Source: Phycisphaerae bacterium
Lineage (GTDB): Bacteria > Planctomycetota > Phycisphaerae > WQYP01
DNA: 64,000 nucleotides
Assembly (NCBI GenBank): GCA_035548175.1
Contig: DASZTO010000079.1
Location: forward strand, 21,733 to 85,732
Direction of reading: 5' to 3'
How positions within the stretch are numbered: position 1 is the stretch's first letter; each line of letters opens with the position of its first letter. Shown here in pieces: positions 14,201-29,200 of the stretch. Position numbers and translations under genes: made by a program. The notes under the pieces are model-generated. The model was given only the letters and a program-made list of their open reading frames with translations. It did not search any database and had not been told where the DNA came from.

Positions 14201-17200
14201 CGTATTCGTGCAATACGGCGTGCCCCATTTGAGCAATCCGAACACCGGCATCATTCCCGGTGAGCGTCTGGTTTTCCGCACCGATCTCAACGGGCATCCG
14301 GCGATCGACGGCGTGACCTGGGACAGCCTCAATCCCGTCGTGAACATCAACGGCGACCTGCGCGCTCCGGGCGTGGCGATGGACCTGGCGGACCAGGGAT
14401 TCGCCACCGTGTCGTTCACGGCCGATGCCTATCCGCAGCTTCGCCAACTCCTCGCGCAGGACCCGAATTACCTCAATAACCTGCTGCCCTTCGAGCTCGA
14501 TGAACTGGCGTTTGATTTTTACATCGAGGCCTCCGCCACGCCGATGACGCGCGACGAGTACGTCGCCTATCAGACGAACATCGCCGAGACCCTGCGGCAG
14601 AACGTGCTGAATTCGGATACCGCGCCCGCCTCGCTGCTGCTGGCCGCTTCCGACAGCCCCAGCTGGGATGCGGCCTACCTGGCGGCGCTGCAGCAGACCG
14701 GCCAGCTCCGCGCCCAGGATGCCGACCCCGTCGTGCAGATCGCGCCGCAATTCATCAGCCTGGTGTCCATCATGTCCGGCGGCCTGTTCACCGGCGATGA
14801 AGCCGCCAACACGCTGGCCTCCGGCGACTTCGTCGATTTCTTCAACATGGTCCGCACCCTCTACGGCAGCGACGACAGCGCCATCGGCGGCGGGGCGGTG
14901 GCGGATGAATCGCTCTATGACCTCCACCTCTCCAGCCCGACCCATTTCGAAACCTTCACCATCCACGTGGGGCCCGGCCAGGCCGTGGAAGCCTCGCCCA
15001 CCGATCCGAATCTCTCCAACTTCTTCGGCATCACCGGCTCGCGCAGCACCGCGGCGACGATGACCGGGCCCAACGGCTATGGCGACGCCAGCATCGTCCC
15101 CGCCAACACGCCGCTGCCTTACACCGTGAACTTCAGCAACCCCACGCCCAACACCGGCATCAACCATATCGCCATCGAAGAGCAGCTCGATCCCAACCTG
15201 GACGTGCGCACCTTCCGGCTCTCGTCGATCACGCTGGGCGGCATCACCGTTCCGATTCCCACGGGCCGGGCGTCGTTCACCGGCCAGTTCGATTTCACCG
15301 ACCAGCTCGGCGTGCTGATCAACGTGACCGCGGGCGTGGATGTCAACAGCGGCATCGCCGTCTGGGATATCCAGGCGATCGATCCCAGCACGGGCCTGCC
15401 CACGACCGATCCCGCGTTCTCGCTGCTGGGCGCCGGGCAGACCGGGCAGATCGGCTACACCATCGACGTCCTGTCCTCCGTGCACAGCGGCGACACCGTC
15501 TCCGCGACGGCGCGCGTCGTGCTCAACGGCGGCTCGCCGATCGACACCGCCCCCGTCTCCAACACCGTCGACGCCGTCGCCCCGGTCACCACGCTCAGCG
15601 TGTCGCAGACCTCCGACGGCTCCTACGCCCTGAACTGGACTTCGCAGGACGACGCCCAGGGCACCGGCATCAAGGATTACACCGTTTATGTCAGCGCCAA
15701 CGGCGGGCCCTATTCGATTTACCAGCTCCACATCACCGACACCTCGCTGGTGGTTCCAGGCTTCCCGGGCACGAGCGAATCCTTCATCGTGCTGGCGGAG
15801 GACAACGCGGGCAACATCGAATCCGCGCCGCCGGGCATCGACCTGCCATCATTCTCGCCGGACCTGAACCTGGGCATTCTGCCGACGGCGCCGGACACCG
15901 AGGAGGAGCCGCTGACGCCCGCTCCGCCGCCACAGGTGCCGCCGAGCAATCCGGTGTTCGTGCAGGCGCAGGGCGGCGTGCCCAGCCATCTGCCGGGCAC
16001 GAATCCGCCGGCGTTCACCACGGTGCTGGCGCCCTTGACCATTGGCTCGCTGATCACACAAGTGCAGCAGTCGGGCGCTTCGATCGGCCCGCTGGGCATG
16101 GTCTTCCTGCCCGACGGCCAGCACCTCCTGATCAGCGGCGGCCCCGGACGCAACAGCCTGTATCTGTTCAGCCTCTCCGGCGGCGCGGCGCTGACCCCGC
16201 TGATCACCCTGGACGTGCCCATTTATGACATGGCCTTCGATGCGGCAGGACAGCTCTGGGCCACCACCGGCGGCGGCCCCCTGGTCCAGCTCGATCCGAC
16301 CACCGGCGCCATCCTCGGCCGCTACGCCGACTCGATCGGCCTCGGACTGGCCGTCCAGGGCAACACCCTCTACGTCTCGACCGGCAGCGGCATCCAGACC
16401 TTCGACACCCTCGCCCACACCTTCCACCCCTTCTCAAGCACCCGGGTCGACGGCCTCGCATTCGCCCCCGACGGAACCCTCTGGGGCGCTTCCTGGCCCA
16501 CACGCGGAACCATCCTGCAGTTCGACGCCCACGGCAAACCCACCGCCATCCTCAATGTCCCCGACGCCGTCGGCCTGGCCTTTGGCGCCGCCAACACGCC
16601 GCTGGCCAATCTGCTGTTCGTCTCGCGCGATGATGGCACCCTCACGATGGTCGACCTCACCTCCCTGCAAACCGTCGACGTCGCCACCGACGGCAGCCGC
16701 GGCGATTTCGCCCACATCGGTCCCGACGGCCGACTGTATCTCACCGAATCCGACCAGCTCGACGTGCTCTTCCCGCTCCTGCCTCCGCACGTCATCTTCA
16801 CGACCCCCGGCAACGGCTCGACGCTCAAGCCGGTGGTCAACTCCATCACCCTCACCTTCGATACCGACATGGACGCCACCACCGGCGATCCCCACTCGGT
16901 CACCAGCATCGCCAATTACACGCTCATCGACACCACCACCGGCCAGACGCTTCCGATCGGCGCGATCACGTACGATTCCGCCTCACGCAGCGCGGAACTC
17001 TGGTTCGAATCGCTGCGTCCCGATTCCTACCAGCTCACGATCTCCACCGACGTGCAAAGCGCCCTGGCCCTGGGCCTCGAAGCGCCCTACGTCGAAGCGT
17101 TCACCATTCTCGTCGATTTCGCCAGCCTCACGCCGACGTTTTCCAACACGCGCCTCAATCGCACCACCGGCGCGCTTTCCTTTGACGTGTCGCTGAGCAA

Positions 17201-20200
17201 CAGCCTCAATTCCGCCGTCACCGCCCCCGTCCGCCTCATCTTCACCGGCCTGGGTGAAACCGGCGACACGCTGATCAACCCCGACGGCTTCACTTCCGAT
17301 GGCCACCCCTACGTCGACCTGCAAACGACCGGGTTGCTGACGCCGGGCGCCACGACGCCGTCGCGCACCATCAGCATCATGGACGCCGACGGCGCGCTGA
17401 TCACGCTCCTGCCCGAAATCGTCGCCGCGCTCGCTCCCGATCAACTCCCGATCATCAGCTCCACGCCCGGCACCGTCTCGCTCGCCGGCACGCCCTACAC
17501 CTATCGCCCGCAGGCCGCCGATCCCGAGAATGGACCGCTCTCTTATGTGCTCATCAGCGGCCCCTCGACCGCGGCCATCGACCCGGCCACCGGTGTGGTT
17601 GTCTGGACGCCCAAGTCCTCCGATCCCGCCAAGGACACCTTCGATCTGCGCGTTTATGACAGCCGCGGGGGATTCGTCGACCAGCTCTGGACGGTCGGCG
17701 TGATGAACCAGGCGGCCGCTCCGGTGCTCGCGCCCATCGGCAAGCAGACGGTGAACGAAGGCGGCGTGCTGACGGTCCCCGTCGGCGCTTACGATGCCGC
17801 CGGACTGCCGCTGGTGTACTGGGCCGAGAACCTGCCCGCCGGCGCGATCTTCGACGCCGCCTCGCAAGCCATCGATTACCGCCCCGGCGCCCACGACGCC
17901 GGCACCTACAACGGCGTCGCCGTCTACGTCTCCGACGGCGTCAACACCGTCTCGACCTCCTTCACCATCGTCGTCAACCCCGTCGCCCAGCGGCCGATCT
18001 TCGCGTCGCTCGCCGACAAAACCATCAACGAAGGCGCGCTGCTGCTGGTGACGCTGCACGCCACCGGCCAGAACGGCTCGGCGCTGAACTTCTCCGCCGA
18101 CGCCCTGCCGCCGGGCGCCGCGCTCAACACCACCACCGGCGTGTTCACCTGGCAGCCGGGCTTCAACCAGGCCGGGACCTACGCGATCACCTTCACCGCC
18201 GCCGACGCCTCCGCCTCCAGCAGCCAGACGCTCAACATCACCGTCCTGCCGGTTACCGCCCCGATCACCTTCGTGCCCGTGCAGCACCTCTTCATCGACG
18301 CCGGCCAGCCGCTGACCATCCGCCTGGGCGTCAACGATCCCGAATATCCCGCCGGCAACGATTCCTCCACCTCCATCAGCTCCGACATCACCGGCGACAC
18401 CAGCAACGACGCCCCCCTCTCCTTCTCCTTCGCCGCGCTTCCCGATGGCGCATCCTTTGATCCCACCACCCACATCCTGAGCTGGATCCCCACCCCCGCC
18501 GAGGCCGGCGATCACGCCTTCACGTTCTTCGCCACCGACACCTCCGACAACATGTCGGCCAGCACCTCCTTCACCGTCACCGTGCGCGACGTCAACGTGC
18601 CCCCGGTCGTCACGCCGATCGACAACCAGACGGTTTCCCCCGGCGGCCTGCTCGATATCCCGCTCTCCGCCACCGACGCCAACGGCGATCCCATCACCTT
18701 CTCCGCCGCCGGATTGCCCCCGTTCGCCACCCTCACCGACAACCACAACGGCACCGGCACGATCCACGTCGCCCCCGGCGCCACGCAGTATGGCAACTTC
18801 ACCATCACCCTCACCGCCAGCGACAACGGCCACGGCGATCCCAACAACATCCAGTCCTCCTCCATCCTGTTCGTGCTCACCTCCACCGCCCCCAATCTGC
18901 CGCCGACGCTGCCCTTCATCCCCGACAAGGTCGCCGTCGTCGGCAGCGATCAGCCCATCTCCCTCACCGTCGTCGCCGGCGATTTCCTGCAGCACGCCCT
19001 CACGCCCAGCGCCACCGGCCTGCCCGGCGGCGCGATGTTCGCCGCCACCAGCACCTACGGCGTGTTCGTCTTCAGCTGGATTCCGCAGGTCGCCGATTTC
19101 GGCCCGCACACCATCACCCTCACCGTCACCGACGCCACCAACCCCGCCCTCTCCGCCTCGCGCACCTTCACCATCAACGTCCGCTCCGCCGATCGCCCGC
19201 CCGTGCTCGCCCCCGTGCCCAACCAGAACGGCGCGGAAAGCAGCCCGCTGGCCTTCACCCTCTCCGCCACCGATCCCGACGGAGACGCCATCACCTATCT
19301 CGCCGGCAATCTGCCCACCGGCGCCACGCTCGATCCGCAAAGCGGCGCGTTCTCCTGGACGCCCGCCTACGGCCAGAACGGTTCCTACGTCGTCACCTTC
19401 ACCGCCTCCGACGGCGCGATGTCCAGCAATTCCAACGTGCTGCTCACCATCGCCAAATCGAACCGCCCGCCGATCCTCCAGCAAATCCCCAACATCCTCG
19501 GCCAGGAAAACACGCCCATCTCGCTGCAGCTCGCCGGCTCCGATCCCGATGGCGACACCATCACCTACACCGTCGTGGGAACCCTGCCCACCGGCGCCGG
19601 CTTCAACCCCCAGACGCAGGAATTCACCTGGACGCCCACCCCCGGCCAGGCCGGCAACTACACGCTGATTTTCCAGGCGACCGACACCAGCGGCGCCTCG
19701 GCTCAGGTCGCCGTGAAGGTCCAGGTGCTGCACCTCAACCTGCCGCCGACGATCGCCACGCTCGGCCAGAAAAATCTGCTCATCGGCCGGCCCTTCACCC
19801 TGCAGATTCCCGGCAGCGATCCCAACGGCGACGCGCTCACTTACTCCGCCACCGGACTGCCCGATGGCGCGCTCCTCAATTCCGCCACCGGCGTGCTCAC
19901 CTGGACGCCCAGCGCCGCTCAGGCCGGACGCGCCGATCTGGTCGTCATGGCCTCCGACGGCCAGTACACCGCCGTGCAGTCCCTGGGCCTGATCGTCTCG
20001 ACGCAGCCGGTGGCCCCCAGCCTGCTGATCGACCTGACCCCGAGCTTCCCCGCCGTTCCCGGCCAGGCCGTCGTCGTCCATGCCGCCGCCTCGAGCCTGA
20101 TAGGCATCGCCTCGCTGGTGATGACCATCAACGGCGTGCCGCAGACTCTCGACGCCAATGGCCGCGTGACCTTCACACCCACCGCCGCCGGCCATTACGC

Positions 20201-23200
20201 CATCGTCGCCATCGCCACCGATTCCAACGGCGTGCAGGCCACCGCCACCGCCGACCTCAAGGTCAAGGACGCCAACGCCGCCGCCCCCACCGTGAGCCTC
20301 AACCCGCCCGGCCTTATTTCGACGCCCGCCAACATCACCGGCGCCGTCACCGGCTCCAACCTCGACAAATGGAGCCTCACCCTTTCGGTGCTCGGCGCCG
20401 CCAACACCATCACGCTCGCCACCGGCAGCCAGGCCACCGCCGCCAACGCCATCCTCGCCGCCATCGATCCTGCCACGCTCGCCAACGGGGCTTACCTGCT
20501 CACGCTCACCGCCACCGACATCGCCGGCCGCACCGCCACTCGCTCCCAGGTCATGGAGATCGATTCGGCCAACAAGTCCGGCGCGTATCTCCAAACCGCC
20601 ACCGATCTCACCGCCAGCCTCGATGGCGAAACCTTCACCCTCACCCGCTATTACAATTCCCTCGAAGCCTATGAAGCGGGCCTCGTCGGCTTCGGATGGA
20701 ACCTCGCCGGCGCCGACGCCCACGTCGCCAGCTCCGCCGCCCCCGCCGCCGCCAACAGCCTGCCCAACCCCTTCGCCGTCGGCACGCGCGTGTACGTCGA
20801 TCTTCCCGATGGCTCCCGCGCCGGCTTCACCTTCACCCCCGTCGCCCACACCGTCAGCGGCGTCACCTACTACACCCCCGCCTTCACCGCCGACGCCGGC
20901 GTCCTCTACTCCCTCGCCACCACCGCCACCCAGCTCTCGCTGGTCAACGGCTCCTACTTCCAGCTCGGCACCGGCCTGCCCTTCAATCCCGCCGGCGGCG
21001 CCTTCGGAACCATCGCCTACACCCTCACCGCGCCCGACGGCCGCACCTACAGCTACGGCGCCGACGCCAAGCTCAAACAAATCACCGCCGACGGAAAGAC
21101 TTTCATCTTCTCCGGCAGCGGCCTCATCGGTCCCGACGGCTCACGCATCACCTTCCAGTTCGATTCCTCCGGTCGTCTCACCACCGCCACCGGTCCCGAC
21201 GGCACGCAGGTCCATTACACCTACGACGCCGCCGGCGACCTGATCTCCGCCAATCACGACGCCTACGCCTACATCAACGGACACCTGCTCACCGTCGCCC
21301 TCGACGCCACCCCGACCGCCGCCACCTACGACCCCAACGGCGCTCTTGAATCCACCGGCCCGATCCTCGACACCCTCGCCTTCAATCAGACCGACGCCGG
21401 CACCCTGGCCGCCGGCGCCACCGCCTTCTATGCCGCCCGCATCAGCGCCGCTGAACTCGCATCCTCCGGCGGCCAGATCACGGTCGCCCTCGATGTCCTC
21501 CACAACGGCGCTCACAGCGTCGCTTTCGAAACCGTCACCACCGCCGGCGCCGTCCTGCTTCCCGTCGCCGGTTTCTCCGGCGCTTACCAGGCCACCTACT
21601 TCCTGCCCGGCGACATCAATGGCGACGGCACGGTGGACGGCGTCGACGAAACGCTCTTCGCCGCCGCCCTCGGATCCTCCGTCGGACAGGCCGGCTACTC
21701 CCTCGCCGCCGACATCGACCGCGACGGCGCCGTCACCCCCACCGACCATTCCTTCCTCGCCAACAACTTCGGCGCCACCGAAGATCGCCCGCCCGTCGTC
21801 ACCGGCGGCAGCGGCGCCACCTACCCCGATCTCGACGTGCTCACCGACCTCGCCCCGCTCTCCAGCGACCCCCAGGGCCTCCCGCTGATCTACACCTTCT
21901 CGAACGTCCACGGCGGAACCGTCCGGCTTTCCTCCGACGGCCACACCGCCATCTTCAGCCCCTTCGACGGCTTCACCGGCGCCGCTTCCTATGATTTCGC
22001 CGCCGACGACGGCGTCTTCGATTCCAACACCGCCACCGTGAACGTCACCGTCAACGACGCCACGCTCGTCAACATCACCTTCTCCCAGCGCGATGTCGAT
22101 CTGGCGGCCGCCGGCGCCGCCCTGCAGCTCACCTTCACCGGCCTCTTCAGCGACGGCTCCTCCGCTCCGCTCCCCGCCACCTTCCTGCACTTCGCCACCA
22201 CCGATCCCTCCCGCTTCATCGTCACCTCCTCCGGCACCCTGTTCGCCGAAGGCAACGGCACCGCGATCCTCACCGCCGTCAGCCACGGCGTCACCGCCGC
22301 CACGCCCGTCACTGTCGGCGCCGCCGACACCCGCCCGCTCCAGTTCTTCCCGCTCACCTACACCCTGCCCCTGGGCGTCACACGCCAGTTCCAGGTCCGC
22401 TACAACTCCGGCGTCAACGTCCTCGATCTCGCCCCCGCCGCCGGCAACACCTTCTACTTCCTCAGCAACACCAGCGTCGGCGCCATCACCCCCGACGGGC
22501 TCTTCACTCCCACCGCCCTGGGCGCCGTCTACGTCACCGTCATCAACGGCGGCCAGAGCGTGGTCGTCCCGATCACCGTCACCACCCCCTCCACCGGGCC
22601 GACGACGATCGATTCCTCCGGGGGCATCGTCGGCGATTCTCAGGGCGACTCGCTGGGCATCCCCGAGGGCTCGCTCGCCTCCGGAAGCACCATCTCCGTC
22701 ACCCCGCTGACCAACCTGCCCTACGCCCTCCCCGACGGCTTCGATTTCTACGGCGGCCTCCACGTCGATCTCGGCGGGGCCAACCTCACCCAGCCCGCCA
22801 GCGTCACCATCAAGGCCCCCGACAATCTCCCCACCGGCGCCAAGGTCTACCTCTGGGTCCCCATCACCATCGAAACCGATGCCGCCGAAGGCCCCGTCCA
22901 GTCCTGGCTCCTCATCGATCACATGACCGTCGGCGCCGACGGCTACCTCCGCACCACCTCCGCTCCCTATGGCGGATTCGTCGGCGGTTTCCCCAACAAC
23001 GGCGGGGCGCTGGTCTCCATCGATCTCACCTCCGTCGTCGCCGCCGGCTCCGCCGACCTGGGCGCCGTCGAACTCCTCGAAGGACACATCAACGACGTCA
23101 ATTCCGAAGGCACCGTCACCCTCCAGATGCAATGGGGCGGCTCCTCGACCGCCAAGTATTACGCCGTCCCCGGTTCCGTCGGCGACATCCTCATCCCCGC

Positions 23201-26200
23201 CTTCGGCGGCATCAACACCACCATCACCGTCAACCGCACCGTCGGCACCCTGAGCACCAAAACCTCCACCGGCGTCTTCCTCGCACCCGGTCAGGAATCC
23301 GCCATCGTCGCACTCCCGCTGCCGCCGCAACTCGTCTTCCCCACCGTCCCGCCCCCGGCGATCGTCTCGGCCTCCTTCGACTTCGGCCCCGATCCCCAGC
23401 ATCCCGCCCCGCGCGTGGTCCTCAAGGGCATCAACTTCCTTTACAACAACCCCTACAGCACCTCCGCCAACCCCCTGCCCCTGGGCACTGACTACAAAGA
23501 CCTCTACGTCACCTTTGAAGTCGGCGGCCGCGATACTTTCGACGATAAGGGCAAGGTCCAGCTCGTCGGCGGCCGCGATGCACGTGTGAACGGCTCCGAT
23601 CCCGGCGTCGTCTTCACCGACCTGGGCATGGTCAACGGCCAGCACGAATACGAACTCGACATCCCCGTGCCCAACACCATCGCCCTGGGCAACGCCTTCA
23701 TCACCGTCACCCGCCCCTCCTCCGAGCCGCTCAACGGCCTCTTCGCACGCCAGGAATTCACCTCCAACGCCGTCAACGTCCTCCCGCAGAACCAATATGC
23801 CCTGGCGGCCGATGGCGGCACCGACGCCACCGGCCGCAACTACGTCTCCGTCATCGACACCACCCAGACCACCAAGATCAACGGCGTCACCAAGGCCCAG
23901 CCCACCCCCATCGCACAGATCCCCCTCGGCGTCGGCACCACCATCACCTCCCTCTATCCCCGCTTCGTCACCGTCACGCCCGATGGCACCCGCGCGTATG
24001 TCACCCTGCAAGGCGACTACGGCATCGCCGTCATCGACCTGGAAACGCTCCAGGAAATCGACATGCTGCCCAACGACCCCAACAACCCGCTCACCAGCGG
24101 CGTCCAGCACATCCGCCTCAAAAACGCCAACGGCGCACAGCCCTTCCAGGGTGTCATCGACGCCACCGGCCATTACCTCTACATCTCCGATCAGGCCAGC
24201 AGCAACATCTACGTCATCGACGTCGATCCCTTCTCCCCCACCTACAACCAGCACGTCAAGACCATCACCATCCCCTCCTACTTCGCCCCCCTGGGCCTGC
24301 GCGGCATCGCCATCAACTCCGACTCCACGCGCCTCTATGTCACCGCACCAGGCCGCACCCTCCAGGGCCAGTACGTCAATGAGACCGGCAACATCATCGT
24401 CATCAACATCGACCCCACCAATCCCAAGGCCCCCTTCTTCGATACCCCCTCCGCTCAGAATGTCATCCCCGTCGGCCCCGACCCCTACGGCATCACCGGC
24501 ACCGACAACCCCAACGTCATGCTCTTCACCGACCAGCTCGACGACACCAAGGGCATGGGCCAGCTTGTCCGCACCACCTTCACGGGCGGTGCCGAGCTCT
24601 ACGTCGCCCACTACACCGACTTCACCAGCTTCGGCGTCATCCGCCGCTGGGTCGAAAACCGCCCCAACCAGGCCTTCGGCGTCAGCAACGCCACGGGCAT
24701 CGTCTATCTCCCCGCGGATACCTTCAAATCCGTCCTCGGTTACTCCCATCCCTCCTACGCCTTCATCACCGGCTACGACAAATACGTCCCCGACGACCCC
24801 AAGCACGACCCCTCCGAAGGCCCGCTGCTCACCTTCAACTTCTATTATCAGGACAAAAACGGCCTCACGATCCCCGTGCCCGTCGCCGCCGGCGGCAACG
24901 TCGCCATCATCCGCGATCCCGTCGACAAGAACCCCCAGACCGATTTCCTCAATCCGGAAACCCAGCCGCGCCTCGTCGCCGCCACGCGCCCCGTCCAGAA
25001 CAGCTTCCCCGACAACCTCGTGCTCTCCGGCGATTACTCCGAGCTGCTCGCCGGTTACCAGGCGCTCAATTCCGTCTTCGCCTTCAGCACCATCCAGATC
25101 GTCGCCGACGTCGAAGCACAGGTGAAGATGGCTTTCATCGGCAACTCCGACCAGATCCCCGCGCCCTATTCCGTCCCCAGCGACCTCTCCCACCTGCTTC
25201 GCGGCCCCCTGTCCACCGTCCCCATCGACGACATCGACAGGGCCATCGACATCGCCGCCGACGACGAGTTCTACACCAACTCCGCCCGCGGCCTCTCCTT
25301 CGGCACGCCCCCCAAGGGCATCTTCGGCGAATCCCCCAACCAGGAAGCGCCCCTCGTCGTCGGACGCCTCCCTCGCGGTCTGGCCGCCACGCCCCATCTC
25401 CCCGGAGGCGTCATCACCCTCGCCAGCACCCCCTACAACCAGGCGCCCACCCTCTCCGCCTTCCCCAACAACAGCCTCCAGGTCAGCGCCGGTCTCACCG
25501 CCACCGCCGACGTCCACACCGGCGCCCTCATGGAAACCCACGACCTGCCCACTTATCAGAGCGTCGGACAGACCCGCGGCGTCACCCTCACCTACAGCTC
25601 CCTCCGCGCCGATCCCACCGTCCTCTATTACTTCAGCATCGATAACCTCCCCACCAATCTCCCCGCCGACAGCTTGCTGGTCGTCACGCTGACCGCACGC
25701 CTGGGCACCTTCTCGAAGACCGCCCCCGGTATGACCGCCACCGACGCCGCCGCCCTCGGCCTGCCCGCCAACGCCAACGTCTACCAGCTCCCCGCCACCA
25801 TCCCCGCCAACTACACCTATGGCGCCGGCATCTTCCTGAATCTCGAATCCACCGACGAAAACGGAAACCCCGTCTACCCCGATTCCGGCGTCTACACCTT
25901 CGTGCTCAACTACGGCATCTACACCAAGGTCGGCAACGTCTACCAGGGACGCCTCGCACAACTCATTTCCCCCATCGCCGTCGTCGACCAGGAAGACAGC
26001 CCCTTCGGCGCCGGATGGGGCATGAACAACTACTACCAGATCTACCAGGGAGACGGGTCCGTCCTGCTCTCCAACGGCAACGGCCAGTCGGAAATCTTCC
26101 TCGCCCCCGACAAGATCGGCGATCCCTACACCTCCGAATCCGCTGATCAGTCCCAGCTCCTCCAGCAGACCGACGGCACCTTCGTCCGCAAAATGCTCGA

Positions 26201-29200
26201 CGGCACCACCTACAAGTTCAATGACCAGGGCAAGCTCGCCACCATCACCGACCGCAACGGAAACGTCACCACCTACAACTACGCCGCCGACGACAAAACC
26301 CTCCTCTCCATCACCGATCCCGTCGGCCTGGTCACCCGCTTCGTCTACAACGGCACGCACATCTCCCAGATCATCGAGCCGGTGAACCGCGCCACCACCC
26401 TCGTGCAGACCGGCGACAACCTCACCCAGATCACCGATCCCGACACCACTTACGTCTCCTTCGCTTACGACAACTCCGCCTATAAGCATGCCCTTACCTC
26501 CGAAATCCAGAAGCGCGGCAACGCCTCCAACCCCTCCGATCCGCGCGGCGCCGATCCCCAGAAGATGGGCTCCTCCTTCAAGGAATCCTGGACCTACTCC
26601 GTCTACGGACGCCTCACCGGCGGCACGCGCGTCGACGGCAAAAAGTTCACCCTCACCCCCGCTCAGGCCACCGCCATCCTGCCTGAATCCATCACCTTCG
26701 ACCCCGACGGCAACGCCAAATATCACGGCGTCACCAGCGACCCCAAGAGTCCCCCCATGCTCCAGGTCCTCATCAGCCCGGGCACCGACCCCATCACCGG
26801 CGACGCCATCTTCCTCAACGCCGCCGCCGCCACTTATGTCAATTTCAACGGCGATACCAAGACCTTCTACCTCACCAGCTCCGGACAGCTCGTGCTCACC
26901 AAGGACAAGGACGGCACCGAAACCACCACCAGCCGCGCGCCCGACAACGGCCTTATCCAGACCCAGATCGACGCCCTCAAAAACAAGGTCGTCTACACCT
27001 ATGACCCCTTCAATAACCTCATCTCCCAAACCGATTTCCCCGATGGCCCAGGCACTACGCGCGGCGTCACCCAGACCTGGACCTACGAGCACACCTTCAA
27101 CCAGATGACCTCCTACACCGACGGCATCGGTCGCACCACCACCTACGTCATCGACCCCAACAACGGCAACATCAAATCCAAAACCGTCACCCTCGGAAAC
27201 GCTTCCCTCACCACCAGGTACACCTACGACGCCCACGGCATGATGCTCACCATGACCGACCCCGACGGCCACATCACCACCTACACCTACGACAGTATGG
27301 AGAACCGCCAGTCCGAAAGCCTCGGCACCTCCACCACCACCTGGATCCGCGACGGCGCCGGTAACGTCACCACCCTCATCGATCCCGACGGCCACACCAC
27401 CACCACCACCTACGACAAAATGAACCGCGTGCTCACCATCTCACATGTCCTCTCCTCCACCAATCAAACCGCCACCATCACCTACGGCTACGACGCCGCC
27501 GGCAACCAGGTCGCCGTGAAATCCCCCAATCAAACCGCCAATGTCGCCCCCGGACGCACCACCCTCCAGTACGACACTCTCAACCGCGAAATCCAGGAAA
27601 CCGATGCCCTCAATCGCACCAGGAAGTGGGCTTACGACTACAGCGCCGGACTCACCACCTACCCCGTCGACAACATCTCCGGCGATCAGTATTCCTACTA
27701 CACCGATCCCATGGGCTACTCCACCGTCGCCATTTACGACGAGCGCGGAAACAAGATCGAAGCCTACGACGTCGCCGGAAACAAAACGTCCTACGAGCCC
27801 GATCCCGACGGCCGCGTCATCGCCATCACCAATCCCCTCGGCCAGATCCAGACCTTCACCTACGACGGCCGCTCACGCCTCACCACCTCCACCGGCAACG
27901 GTAACGGCGCCGCCGGCATGGTCACCTACACCTACGATGACGCCAACCGACGCACCTCCATGACCGTCTCCAACAACCTCACCGGCGGCAGCGGAGACCA
28001 GAAAACCACCTGGACCTACGACCTCCTCGACGATGTCGCCTCCCAGCTCGATCCCGCCGGCAACCTCACCACCTACACCTACAACGGCGAAGGCAAAATC
28101 ACCTCCATGATCCAGGCCGCCGGCGCCTCCATCCAACGCACCGTCACCTACAAATACGACGCCGAAATCCGCGTCTCCGACACCATCGTCGACGGCATGT
28201 ACGACACCCAGTTCATCTACGACAACAATGGCAACATCATCGAACGCATCGACCCCCGCGGCGCTGCCTTCGCCACCTTCACCAGCTACGACGAAATGAA
28301 CCGTCCCATCGAAACCATCGATGGCAACGGCAATAGAACCGAAACTGTTTACGACCTCGACGGAAACGTCGTCGCCGTCATCGACGGCCGCGCCAACGGC
28401 GACCGCTCCAACTCCCAGTACCGCACCTCCTACGCCTATGACGCCGCCGATCAGCGCACCTCCGTCACCGACGCCGCCAACAACACCATCACCATGCAGT
28501 ACGATTTCGACGGCAACCTCTCCATCGTCACCGATCCACGCACCAACACCTCCGGCCAGCACTACACCACCACCACCACCTTCGCCTACGTCAACGGACA
28601 AAAAATCGTCACCACCACCAACGCCAACGGCGACCAGAGCACCGTCACCTACGACGTCCTCGGCCGCATCATCGATATCAAGGATGTCCGCGGATACCAC
28701 ACCTATTACCACTACGACCTCACCACCGGCCGCAAGGATTACATGATCGATGCCGCCGGCTTCAAGACCCTCTACTTCTACGACCAGGTCGGAAATCTCA
28801 TCCAACAGCAGGTCACCCGCCAGAACGGCGCCGTCACCCTCACCACCCTCTTCTCCTACGACAAGCTCAACCGCCTCATCTCCACCATCTTCGCCTTCTC
28901 AACCCCCGACCAGATCACCACCAGCCGCACTTACGACGCCCTCGGCCGCCTCGATACCGAAACCGACGGCCTCAACCGCGTCACCAAATACACCTACGAC
29001 GACCTCGACCACCTCACCCTGGTGCAGAAAGCCCTCAACTCCGCCGTCGAAGCCGATTGGCAGTACAGCTACGACGCCGTCGGCAACCTCATGCAAACCA
29101 CCGACCCCGACGGCAACGTCACCACACGCACCTATTACAACAACAACCAGGTCAAAACGATCACCCTCGCCGACCAGACCTCTGATGCCTCCACCACCAC

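Noticed and set aside
6096-15731. 3211-aa minus-strand ORF and other long antisense ORFs (2385-5981, 16983-21080, 21141-27395, 32259-38714)
   Set aside because: Shadows of the giant gene. High GC and biased codons remove antisense stops, and the translations are low-complexity with no domains.
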